From assembly GCA_963813715.1 (NCBI GenBank), contig CAWFAK010000017.1, positions 128,001 through 192,000 of the forward strand: 64,000 nucleotides of DNA. The letters are read 5' to 3'. The number at the start of each line of letters is the position of its first letter. Position 1 is the first letter of the stretch. The DNA is from an uncultured Planctomycetaceae bacterium. Its GTDB lineage: Bacteria > Planctomycetota > Planctomycetia > Planctomycetales > Planctomycetaceae. A program made the translations under genes and the position numbers. The notes under the pieces were generated by a model, which saw only the letters and a list, made by a program, of their open reading frames with translations, did no database searches and was not told the DNA's origin. Shown in pieces: positions 1 to 10,493 of the stretch.

Positions 1-1774
1 GGAGCCCGCTTTGGTCGAGGTATCCCGAAGGATGCGTGATCACCAGCCGAAAGTTGTTGTTCTTCGCGGCAATCTGCACCCGGCCGGTTTGATCCGCGTC
101 ATGAACGTCGCGCTGGTTTTCCAACTCGCCCCGGTTGAGAGAGACGACTTCGTTCGGGCCCAAAACCGTCACTTTTGCTCCCGCGGCAGGCCGGCCGGCG
201 GGCGTGAGCACGGTCGCCGCGAAGTCTTTGGCTTTGAGCAACTCGAAATCGATCGTGGTGTTCCCCGCGTCCGATTTAATCTCGCGCGAGACGCTGTGCC
301 AATATCCGTCGGCATCGATTCGCACTAGGTATGCGAGCTGCAGGTAGGTCTGACGAATCTGATAGGTGCCATCCGCGGCGGCCGGCTTGGTCTCGTTCGT
401 AACGACTTGCCGCCCACTCGTGCGATATCCGCTCGTGAAGCGAAAGTTGTGGATCGGCTGTTTGGTATCGGCGTCGACGACTCGTCCCGTGATCACCAGC
501 TCCGAGGGAACGCGAAACACATACTCGGCCTGCCGGGCTGTAACCCTCTGCCAGCCGAGCGTCATCCCGTTGGAGCGATGAATGCTGAGCAGCATTCTTT
601 CCCCGGGCAGGTCGTGCCATTCCCAGGCTCCGTCCAAGTCCGTCTTCAGGGGGGCCTGATCGACTTCAAAGGCATCGAAGCCGAACTCGCCCCAAAGTGA
701 GACTTGCGCTTTCGGCACAGGGCGCCCGGCCTCGTCGAGCACGCGCAGGCGGAGCGTCTTGCCCGGTTTGAGCTGAAAGTCAACCGACGCCTCGAGCGTG
801 CCGAGCTCGATCTCTCGGAGCTGTGCGGCGCACCCCTTGGCCGCGGCCACGAGCTTGAGTTGCGGTGTGCAGCCTTCGAGCCGGTAGCTGCCGTTTTTGT
901 CCGAGAAGGCGGTCCGCGTATCTTCGCCAACCCGCGCGCGGACGAGCGCTTTGGCGATCGGCTTGCCAGCCTCGTCGGTGACCTTGCCCATCACCGTGAC
1001 CCCTCCTTCGAGTACGATTTTTCCAGTCGGTTCGTGTCCCGGCTCGATCGCAAATTTCTCGCGACTCAAACTCGCCTTGTGCGCCGGGTATTTGGGCTCG
1101 CTGACCTCCGCGCTGACGAGCTGCATCGACTCCGGGACGCTCTCGAACTTCCAGACGCCTTTGCTGTTGGTCCACAGACGATCGGAATAGCCCAGCTGGC
1201 CCGTCCCCTCGAAACGAATCTGCAGCACGACCCGCGCGTTCGGCACGGGCTGGCCTTTGCCGTCGACCACGATGCCACCGATCGTCCAGGCCTTCTGCAG
1301 CTTGATCGTCAGCGGCTTGTCATAGCGAAAGATGTAAGTCGAGGAGTAGAAGGCGTAGCCGGGTTTGTGGACGCGGAAGTTGAGTGACTCCAAGTGCGAC
1401 GGCTGCTCGACAATGATGCGTCCGTCCGCGTCGGACTGCAGGTTGACTCCGTAGCGCGGCTTATTGAGCAACCTCCCTGCGCGGAGTCGAACTTTTTCCA
1501 ACGGCGGCTGCGTCGCCAAATTGACCTTCGCCCCCGCAATCGGCTGACCTTCCGGCCCGACGATCTGCAGCTCGAACACGGGGGGCGCGGACGCGGTCGT
1601 GTTGGCAGCCTTGTCAGTTGCCGCCGCGGATTTTGTCTGGCCGTCGTCGGCTGGCACCTGCGCCAGCAGCAGGGCGATGAGAATCGCCGCGCAAATCAAG
1701 GATGACACCGGCCGAGAAGCCGGTCGCCTCGACTTCTTCGACTCTCGCCGGAGCTCGGTCTGCTCGTAGTCCAT
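1..1774 (-). CDS. Secreted carboxypeptidase-regulatory-like (beta-sandwich) repeat protein, array copy 7; runs off the window edge
   Basis: ATG at 1774 with an AAGGGAG RBS. Signal-like LICAAILIALLLAQVPA-DDG. Family motifs FELQIVGPEGQPIAG, KAWTIGGIVVDGKGQP and ELVITGRVVDADTKQPI. Absent from the ORF track because no stop is seen; the antisense shadow ORFs all fall in one frame. Confidence 0.85.
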   Translation of the reverse strand, partial: MDYEQTELRRESKKSRRPASRPVSSLICAAILIALLLAQVPADDGQTKSAAATDKAANTTASAPPVFELQIVGPEGQPIAGAKVNLATQPPLEKVRLRAGRLLNKPRYGVNLQSDADGRIIVEQPSHLESLNFRVHKPGYAFYSSTYIFRYDKPLTIKLQKAWTIGGIVVDGKGQPVPNARVVLQIRFEGTGQLGYSDRLWTNSKGVWKFESVPESMQLVSAEVSEPKYPAHKASLSREKFAIEPGHEPTGKIVLEGGVTVMGKVTDEAGKPIAKALVRARVGEDTRTAFSDKNGSYRLEGCTPQLKLVAAAKGCAAQLREIELGTLEASVDFQLKPGKTLRLRVLDEAGRPVPKAQVSLWGEFGFDAFEVDQAPLKTDLDGAWEWHDLPGERMLLSIHRSNGMTLGWQRVTARQAEYVFRVPSELVITGRVVDADTKQPIHNFRFTSGYRTSGRQVVTNETKPAAADGTYQIRQTYLQLAYLVRIDADGYWHSVSREIKSDAGNTTIDFELLKAKDFAATVLTPAGRPAAGAKVTVLGPNEVVSLNRGELENQRDVHDADQTGRVQIAAKNNNFRLVITHPSGYLDQSGL

Positions 1775-1838
1775 AGCAGCTCCCTTTACGGAGCATTCAC
1801 TCGGGACTCAGTCTCAGGAGTCCTGAGTCCTGGGTTCA

Positions 1839-4299
1839 CTACTTACCGGGTTCTAAGGTCAACACTCCGACGTCGACCGGCCGCGCCGACAACTTCTCGT
1901 TCACGGCCATTACGGTAAAACGGTGTGGATTGAATTGAGATCGAACAGGCTTGAGAAACTGAAGGCTGAGCGAATACTCGCCCGGCGGGACGTCGTCGAT
2001 GCAGAAGTTGCCTTCGGGATCGACCGTTGCTTGGAAGTCCCGACCATTTCCTGTGGCTTGGACCAGAACGAAGTTCCAGCCAATCGTCGGCTTTTCACCG
2101 TTTGCCGCTCGCAGCTGTCCGGTCACGGGCCGCCCCGAGACTCCAAGATCGATGTGCGTGGTCTGGCCCGCGATGAACTTGACCGGCACCATCGTGCTCG
2201 ACGTCGTCTCGCTCGTTCCCGTGTCCACCATGATCAGGATGTACCGGCCGATCGATCCCTGGCCTGGAATCACGTGCTCGAAGGCGAAATGTCCGTTGGC
2301 GTCGGTTGTCTGGTTGTAGTCGAGGTAGATCGATGCGCCGTTTTGAGCGCGGAGTTGGGCGTTGGCCTGGTGATCGATCGAGATCTTGGCATTGGCCTGC
2401 GGTTTTCGCGCGACTCGATAGCTCCCTTCAACTCGGGCCCAGCGTGTCAGGGGGAGCGTCTTGGGGACCGACTTCAGTGAACACCACTGCTGGGCGTAAC
2501 CCGACGGATGAATGGCCACCAGCCAGAACTCCGACGTTTGCGGGCCGAAGTGAACGCGGCCGGCCTCGTCAGCGTCCTGGCTGGGGCAGTTCACCTGGCC
2601 CGGGGCAAAGTCGCCATTTTCGAGCATGACGTGCGCGCCGGCGTTGAGGAGCGCCACTTTCGCCCGCGAGGCGGGCGCTCCAGCGGCCGTCACCACGGTC
2701 GTGACGATGTCGTGGCCTTTTTCCAGCGCCAGATCGATCGTGACATTCCCCTCGTCGCTTTTGATCTGGCGTGAGACGCCCGGCAAATGGCCGTCCGCTT
2801 CGACCCGCACCTGGTAGGCGTGCTGCTCGCGGTTCTCGCGAAATTGGTAGTGGCCGTCGATCGCGTTAAAAGCGTGGTCGGTGTTCCAAAAGACATTTGC
2901 ATTCGACCATTGGATGCCCGGAATGACGCGAAACGACTTGATCGGCTGTTTCGTTTCGGCGTCGATCACTTTTCCCGAAATCACGAGAGCCGGCGGCACG
3001 CGGAACACCTGTTCTTTCTCGCCAGGGACAAGCGTCCGATTGCCGAGTTGCATGCCATCCGGGCGGCAGATGTCGGCTTGGATGGGGTCTACGGGCGCGC
3101 TCCTTCCATTCCCACAGTCCTTGCTCGTCCGTGAGCCGCGGCACGTTCTCGAACTCGAAGTACTGGATGCGACCATGCCATTGTTGAAAAAAAATCGTCG
3201 CCTTGGGGATCGGCTTGCCGTGTTCGTCGAGAACGCGGACGCGTAGCGTTGCGGCGGGCTGCATTTGAAAGTCGACGGGCGTATTGCGCGGACCGAGTTG
3301 CACCTCTTCTAGCGCTCGAGCGTGCCCCTTCGCCGCCACGACAATTCGGACCGGTCCTGGCTCGCAACCCTCCAGCCGATACACACCCGTCGCATCGGTG
3401 ACGGCCGAGTGCTCGTTGTTGCCGTATTTGGTCCAGACGTTGGCTTTGGCGATCGGTCTCCCGATTTCGTCGGTGACCCGACCCGTGATGATCAGGCCGC
3501 GATTCAGAAGAATTTTGGCGGTAGGCCGGTGTCCCCGCTCGACCTGGAAAAGTGCGCGCGACAGGGTCAGCCGCTGCGCCATGAAGGTGGGATCGTAGAT
3601 TTCGACGGGTACGGCATTGAGAGAGCTGGGGACGCTCTCGAAGGTCCACTCCCCTTTGTTGTTGGTCCGCACTCGGTCGCCGGTCCCCATTTGCCTCGAA
3701 TCGCCGGGGCGTTTGGTGAATTCGATCCGGAGTCCCACGCGCGCGTTGGGAATGGGTTTGCCGTCGCTGTCGACGACAACGCCCCCCACCGTCCACGCGG
3801 GTTCCAGCTTGATCGTGAGCGAGGCGGGGATCGGCTCGGAATTCGAGGTGAGAGACCATCCAGCCCAGTACGGGGCGTAGCCAGGAATCGTGACGTAGAG
3901 ATCGAAACGTTTCGGTTCGGCCGGCCGCTCGAAGGAAAGCCGGCCATCGGCATCCGCCGTGGCAGTCGCGGCGTAGCGCATTCGGCGGAGGAATTTTCCG
4001 CGGTGGATTTGTTTGGCCTGGATAACCGGCGTCGTCCGCAGTTCGATTTTGGCCTCGGGCACCGACTTCCCGTCGGGCCCGACGATCCGCAAGTCGAACA
4101 CGGGCGTCGCCGATTCGGGCGCGCTGGCAGGCTTGGATTTGACCCCTGCCGCATTTGGTTTGCCATCGTCGGCTTGCACCGCAGGCAGTGCCAGGACTGT
4201 GAGGAGTATCGCGGCGCAGGCGACGACACTACCTCTCGGATTGACCGCTTGCCGTGACGCAGCCGGTCGCGGCTGATGCTTGTTGAATTTATGGTTCAT
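1839..4299 (-). CDS. Secreted carboxypeptidase-regulatory-like repeat protein, array copy 6 (one frameshift near 3097)
   Basis: ORFs 2866..4329 and 1839..3176 join at WEWKE/APVDPIQADICRP. ATG at 4299 with a GGAG RBS. Signal peptide followed by QADDG. C-terminus NEKLSARPVDVGVLTL. Confidence 0.85.
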
Positions 4300-4322
4300 G
4301 GACAACTCCAATCCGCGCGCTC

Positions 4323-5383
4323 TTACCATCGGCCGCCGACATTGAGTTGGAGCACGCCTAAGTCCACCGGCCTTTGCGACAGCTTTTCGTTAATCGTGGG
4401 CACCTCGAACGGATGATTCAGGATGTATTGTCGGCCTTTGTAGAAAAACACACTCAGAACGTGCTTGCCGGTGGGAACGTCATCAACGCAGAAGTTGCCG
4501 GCCGGATCTAAGGTCGCCGAAAAGTTGAGGTCTAGGGCGCCGGCCAGGGGGTGATCGGACGAGACTGCGACGAACGCGAATTTCCACGGAACTTCGTTCG
4601 TCGCACCCGTGGGACGCCGAAGCTGACCGATGACCGGCCGGCCTGTGGTGCCGAGGTCGACCTGCCTCGTTTGACCGGCCGTAAGACTGATTGGCACAAA
4701 ACCTCCAGAAGCGATTTCACTCGCGCCGTCGGTCGCCGAAAACGCGAGCGTGTGGCCAATCCGCAGCGCGCCTGGGACGACGCGTTCGAACACGAATCGC
4801 CCGTTCGTGTCGGTCCTCTGCTCTGATCGGAAGAAGGCTCGCGGCGGGGCGTTGAACGCGCCGAACACGGAGTTGGGATAAATCTCGATTTTGACATGGG
4901 GTCGCGGCTTCGCGCGACTCGGTATGTTCCTTCAACCCGCGCCCATGAGGTGAGTCGAATCGGCTGGGGAATGGAGACGGGGGAACATTTGACCTCTGCG
5001 AAGCCAGAGGAGTGCGTGACCACGAGAAGGCTGTTGCCGGTCACTAGCGGAAAATCAAAGCGGCCAGCGGCATCCGCCTGGCGTCGCTCGATCCCCGTCA
5101 ATTCGAAAATGTCGTCGCCATTGAGAATGTTGAGTTGCGCTCCTTGGATGGCCAGCGCAACTTTGGCCCGACCAGCCGGGTTGCCGTCCGGGGTGAGTAT
5201 TGTCGTGCCGCTCGCGGCGCTCTTGGAAGGACCGTTCTTCGGCGAGTTGGCAGGCGGATCTGCGTCGGCGTGCGGAGACGCCAGCGCGACGACACCGAAG
5301 AGTAACGCTGCCCTCGCGCTGCGCTGCGTCGCCGCGATCTGTCGCCACATGCCGGTAGGCAACCTTTTCTCCGAGAAGCTCAT
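4323..5383 (-). CDS. Short array paralog, copy 5: signal peptide fused directly to the C-terminal modules (frameshift near 4900)
   Basis: ORFs 4532..5383 and 4323..4868. Motifs TPDGNPAGRAKVA, VVTHSSGFAE, WARVEG, TDTNGRFVFERVVPG and NEKLSQRPVDLGVLQL. TAATG overlap with the upstream stop. Confidence 0.8.
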
Positions 5384-7995
5384 TATCGAGCGGCTCTCAC
5401 TCGCGCGGCTCGGGCTGCTTCAGGGCTCGACATCGTGAGCACACCCAGATCGACGGGCCGCTGCCACAACTTCCCCTTGGCTTTCGGCACGACGAAACGG
5501 TGCTGCTGCATTTGAAGATTCTGCCCCTGAGCGTTGGGGATGTAGGCGTTCAACCAGTAATTGCCTGGCGGAATGTCGTCGATGGCAAAGTTTCCGTCAC
5601 GGTCGGTCGTCGCATTGAACTGCAGCTCCGACTCGCCCCACATCTGGCCACCCTCCTGGCTGACCCAGATCTGAGCCGAACCCAATTGGTCGGCCTTAGC
5701 CTCCGGCGGCTTGCGCAATTGCCCGATGACCGGACGTCCCTCGGCTCCCAAGTTGACGTGCGTGGTCTCGCCGGGGGGACAGGTCGCGGTCATCGTCATG
5801 CTCGACGTCATCTGGCCGTCGCCCGAGCCGTTCGGCCGCGCCCAACTGATCTGCTGTCGGCCCGGCACGACCCGATCGAAGACGAACCGGCCCTGCGCAT
5901 CGGTTGCTCGCAGCGATTGCGCCATGATTTGCGGAGAATTCTGGCCGAAAAAATATTGGGCTCTAGAACCAGAGATCCAAGTGTTTGCCTTGGGCTGTCG
6001 AGCGACTTGAAACGTTCCCTCGATCCGCGCCCACGCCTTGAGCTTGACGATTCGCGGATTGGAACTGGGCATGCCCGGTAGCTCGGCGTAGCCAGTGGGG
6101 TGCGTGACCACGATCCAGCAGTTCGTGTTCTTCGCCTCCGCACGAAGCTTGCCGTCCTTGTCGGTTTCGTGCACGGCGGTCAGCCGTCGGCGCGGCTGGC
6201 GAAATTGACGGATCAGTCCGACGATAAGTCCCCCCATGTTACCGTTGCCGCCGCCCTGCTCCTGCAGTTCACCCCCAGAGACCACCACTTGCTCCCCGGG
6301 GCCGGGGATCGCGACTTTCGCTCGCGCGGCCGGGGCTCCGTCGGGCGTCAAGAACCGTTACCGCGACGGTTTTCCCTTTGAGCAGCTCGAAATCGATCGT
6401 GACCTTCGCCTCGTCACTTTTGATCTCGCGAGATACGGCCGGCATGTATCCGTCCGCTTCAACGCGCACCAGATTCGCGCCCGTATCGTCCGTCTTTTTT
6501 ATTTCGTAGGTGCTTCCGGTTGACGGCTTGCCGTTCTGATCCTCCCAGACGACCTGCTGCCCCATCCAGACGTATCCGGACGTCAGCCGAAAACCTTTGA
6601 TCGGCTGATGCGTTTCGGCGTCGACCACCTTGCCCGAGATGACGAGTGCCTTGGGGACGCGGAACACGTACTCTTCCTTGCGCGGCGAGAGGGCTCGATT
6701 GCTCAGGGTCATCCCGTTGGGACGACCGATGTTGGCCAGAACTTCTTCCGGGGGCGCCTCCTTCCATTCCCAGAGACCGTCGACGTCCGTCTGCCGCGGG
6801 GCATTGTCGACCTCGAAGAAATCGAACCCTGGCCGCCACTGCTGGAAATAGACTGTGGCTTTCGGAACCGGGTGCCCCTCTTCGTCGAGGACCCGCACGC
6901 GGATCGTGTTGCCCGGTTTCAGCCGAAAGTCAATTGGGCCCAGCCCCGGGCCGATTTCGATTTCTTGCAAGGCGGGGGCGCCGCCCCTTCGCCGATGCCA
7001 CGATCCGCGCTGCCAGGCCCGCAGCCCTCCAGGCGGTAGACCCCCTTTTTGTCGGTGAAAGCGCTGCGGGTGTCGTTGTTAGCCCTCGTCCGCACGAGCG
7101 CTTTGGCGATTGGCTTCCCGCCGTCATCGGTAACCGTGCCGGTGACGGAGAAGCCGCCCTTGAGGGTGATTTTTGCCGTCGGATCATGCCCGGGATTAAC
7201 CGCGAATTCCGCGCGGTCGAGCGTCGGGTTTTCCGGCACGAATTTCGGGTCGTTGATCTGGGCGGTGACGGCGTTCATCGATTCGGGCACGCTCTCGAAC
7301 TTCCAGATGCCCTTGCCGTTGGACCAGATGCGGTCCGAGAAGGTGATTTGTCCGCCGGTCATTTGAAGCTGAAGGATAATCCGCACGTTCGGGATGGGTT
7401 TTCCGTCGTTGTCGACGATGATGCCGCCGATCGTCCAGGCCCGCTGCAATCGGGCCGTCCGTGGAGCGAGCACGGCGTCGGCCTTGTTCTGGAAATTGAC
7501 CCAGTTCAGGTAGTAGCCATAACCGGGCTTACGAATTTGATAGTTGAGATAGTCCAAATGAGCCGGCCGCTCGAAGGCCACGCGCCCGTCCGCATCCGAC
7601 TTCACCACCAGGCTGTTGCGCAATTTCGTGACTAACGTCCCCGCGCGGAGCCGGACGTCCTTGGGCCGCGGGTTTATGAACAGACTGACCCTGGCATCCG
7701 GAACCGGCTTGTCATCGGGCCCAACGATCCGCAGCTCGAACGCCGGCGCTCGAGGCGCGGGCGCGGTGGTTGCCTGCGGAGCGGGTGCCTGGGGAGTGGG
7801 AGCCGGCGCGATCGTCTTGTGGTCGTCGGCTTTGGCTTTGCTCGCGGCGCCTGGGCCGTCATCGCCCGCGGCCAGGACGGGCATCGGCCGTCCGTCCGAC
7901 CCAAGCAGCGCGCCGAGCGCGAGCAGGAGCGTGACGACTCTCCAGCACTTCGATCGCACTCGCCCGCCCGGAGTCGTGATCGGTCGATGAGTCAT
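5383..7995 (-). CDS. Secreted carboxypeptidase-regulatory-like repeat protein, array copy 4 (frameshifts near 7000 and 6350)
   Basis: ORFs 6919..7995, 6269..6970 and 5383..6351 are collinear with the intact paralogs. AGDDG after the signal peptide. KLWQRPVDLGVLTM near the C-terminus. Confidence 0.85.
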
Positions 7996-8007
7996 GGCAT
8001 CCTCTGC

Positions 8008-10481
8008 TTACGGGTTGCGAGCGGGCACGGCCTTGGGCTCGTTCAGGTTGAGCACGCCCAGGTCGATCGGGCGTGTGCAAGCTTCTCATCAATCTTTGGG
8101 ACTTCCACGCGGCGGTTGAACCGGATTCCATTGTCGTTCGTAAAACGCACGCTCAGCGAGTAAAAGCCCGCCGGCACGTCGTCGATGCAGAAGTTCCCGT
8201 GAGGATCCGCCGTGGCGGCGAAGTGCAGGCCGTTGCCATCGACCTCGATGAGCGCGAAACTCCAGTGGACTTCTTCCTTCGACTCCGCCGGCGTCTGCAG
8301 TTGCCCGACCACCGGCCGACCGGAGGTTCCCAGGTCGACGTGCGTCGTGGTGCCCGCTGTCAGCTTGATCGGGACCATCGCGGACGAAGTCATCGCGTTC
8401 GACCCGGTGAAGGCCATGAGTTGAAGATTCCGGCCGATCAGACCATCACCCGGCGCCACGTGCTCGAACAGGAACCGGCCGCTCGCGGCGGTGGTTTGCC
8501 CATAGTTGAAGAGAATGCTGGGTGCATCGCCTGCCATCACATTGTGCGACCACTGGTTAATCCAGATTGGAACGTTGGCCTGCAGCTTGCGAGCGACGCG
8601 AAACGTCCCTTCGACGCGGGCCCACGCGGTCAAGCGAATCTCCTTCGGCAGGTGCGCAGCCTGGCACTTCAGCACGGCGAAACCGGCCGGATGCGTGACG
8701 ACGAGCCAGAAATCCTTGACTTGCGGTGTGAAGTGAAAGCGCCCCTGCGGATCGGCCATCTCGCGGAGGGAATAAGTTTGGTTCTCGTCGATGTGGCCGT
8801 TGGTGACCATGATCTGCGCACCGTGGACGCCCAGGGCGAGTTTGGCACCGGCGGCCGGTGCGCCGTCGGGACTGTCGACCGTCCCGACGAAGTCTTCCCC
8901 GCGCTTCATGTCGAAATCGACGGTGACGTTCCCTGAGTCAGTCGGAATGTCGCGGGAATCGGCGGGGAAGTAGCCGTCCGCTTCGATCCGCACGCCGAAC
9001 AATCCCTGCGCATACGTTTCTCGGAGGCGGTATTGGCCGTCGGCCGCAGTAAAGCCCTCGAACGTGTTCCGAGAGGTCCGGTCTCCTGGGACGACGTGAA
9101 ACGTTTTGAGTGGTTGCTTCGTTTTCGCGTCGACAACTTTGCCTGAGATCACGAGCGCCGGAGGCACACGAAATGTGTACTCCTCCTTCCCATCGCCCAA
9201 CGGCTGATAGCTCAGCTGCATGCCGCCGGGGCGACAGATATCGGCGGCAAACGTGTCGACCGGCGCTTCGTGCCATTCCCACACGCCGTCTTTGTTCGCG
9301 TATTGAGTCACCGAGTCGAACTCGAAGTATTGAATCGGTCCCCGCCATCTTTGGAAGAAGATGCGTGCGCGGGGGAGCGGATGCCCCTTCTCGTCCAGCA
9401 CGCGCACGCGGACGGTCCGGCCGGGCTGCAGGATAAAGTCGACGTTGGTGCCGCGGGCGATCGCTACATGTTTCATTTCGAGTGCGCGGCCTTTGGCGGA
9501 GACGACGATGCGGGCCTCGCCCGGCTCCGCTCCGGTGACCCGGTATGTGCCGTCGGCACTCGTGACGTCTTTGCGGACGTTGTTGCCGAACTTCGTCCTT
9601 ACGACGGCGCCCGCGATCGGCTTGCCGGTCTCGTCGGTCACTCTGCCCGTGACGATCAGCCCCGCTTGCAGGGTCACTCGGGCGGCTGGCTTGTCACCCC
9701 GCTTGATGCCGAACTTGGTGCGCGGCAAATTCGTCCGCAGGGTCATGAAGTCGTGCTTGCTGATTTCGACCTGGACCGCCTGCACCGAATCGGGGGCGCA
9801 GTCGAAGCTCCAGCGGCCGTTGGAATCGGTGCGGAGGTGAGTGCCAGTCACGAGCTGTCGCGTTTTGCCCGGACCTTTCGCGTATTCAATGACGGGCCAA
9901 ATCTCCGCCCCGACGATCGGTTGCCCGTCGCCATCGACGACAACGCTGCCGACCGTCCACGCGCTCTGGAGCTTGATGGTCAACGCCGCCGGAATTGGCT
10001 CGGAGTTGACATCCGGAACCCAACCGGTCCAGTAAGGCGCGTACCCGGGCATTTCCAACAGGAAGTCCAAGTACTTCAATCCGGCCGGCCGAGTGAACAC
10101 CAGCCGCCCATCCGCATCGGCCGTGATGCCCACTCCATAAGTCGCTCGCCGCTGGTATTTGCCGACGCGCACCTGGTCCCCTTGAAGCCGGGGCGTGCTC
10201 CGTACGTCGACCTTCGCGTGAGGAACGGGCTTCCCATCCGGCCCGACGACGTGCACCTCGAAGGTCTTTGAATCAGCAGCGGGCGCGGTGTTTTGGGCCG
10301 CGGGCGGCGCCGCCGTTGAAGCCGTCGACTTATTCTCAGGCTTGCCATCGTCGGCGTGTAGGAGTGACATCCCCAACAACGCCAAAAGGAGGCTCGCGCA
10401 AACTGAGCGATAAGGTCGTTCAATTAACCCGGAGTTCGACCGCTTCGACACTCGTTGGCGCCCAATTTTGTTGTCGTCCAT
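8008..10481 (-). CDS. Secreted carboxypeptidase-regulatory-like repeat protein, array copy 3
   Basis: 812-aa ORF. A one-base shift near 8075 restores RPIDLGVLNLNEPKAVPARNP with a stop at 8008-8010. LHADDG after the signal peptide. Confidence 0.9.
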
Positions 10482-10493
10482 GGCACCCTCACT

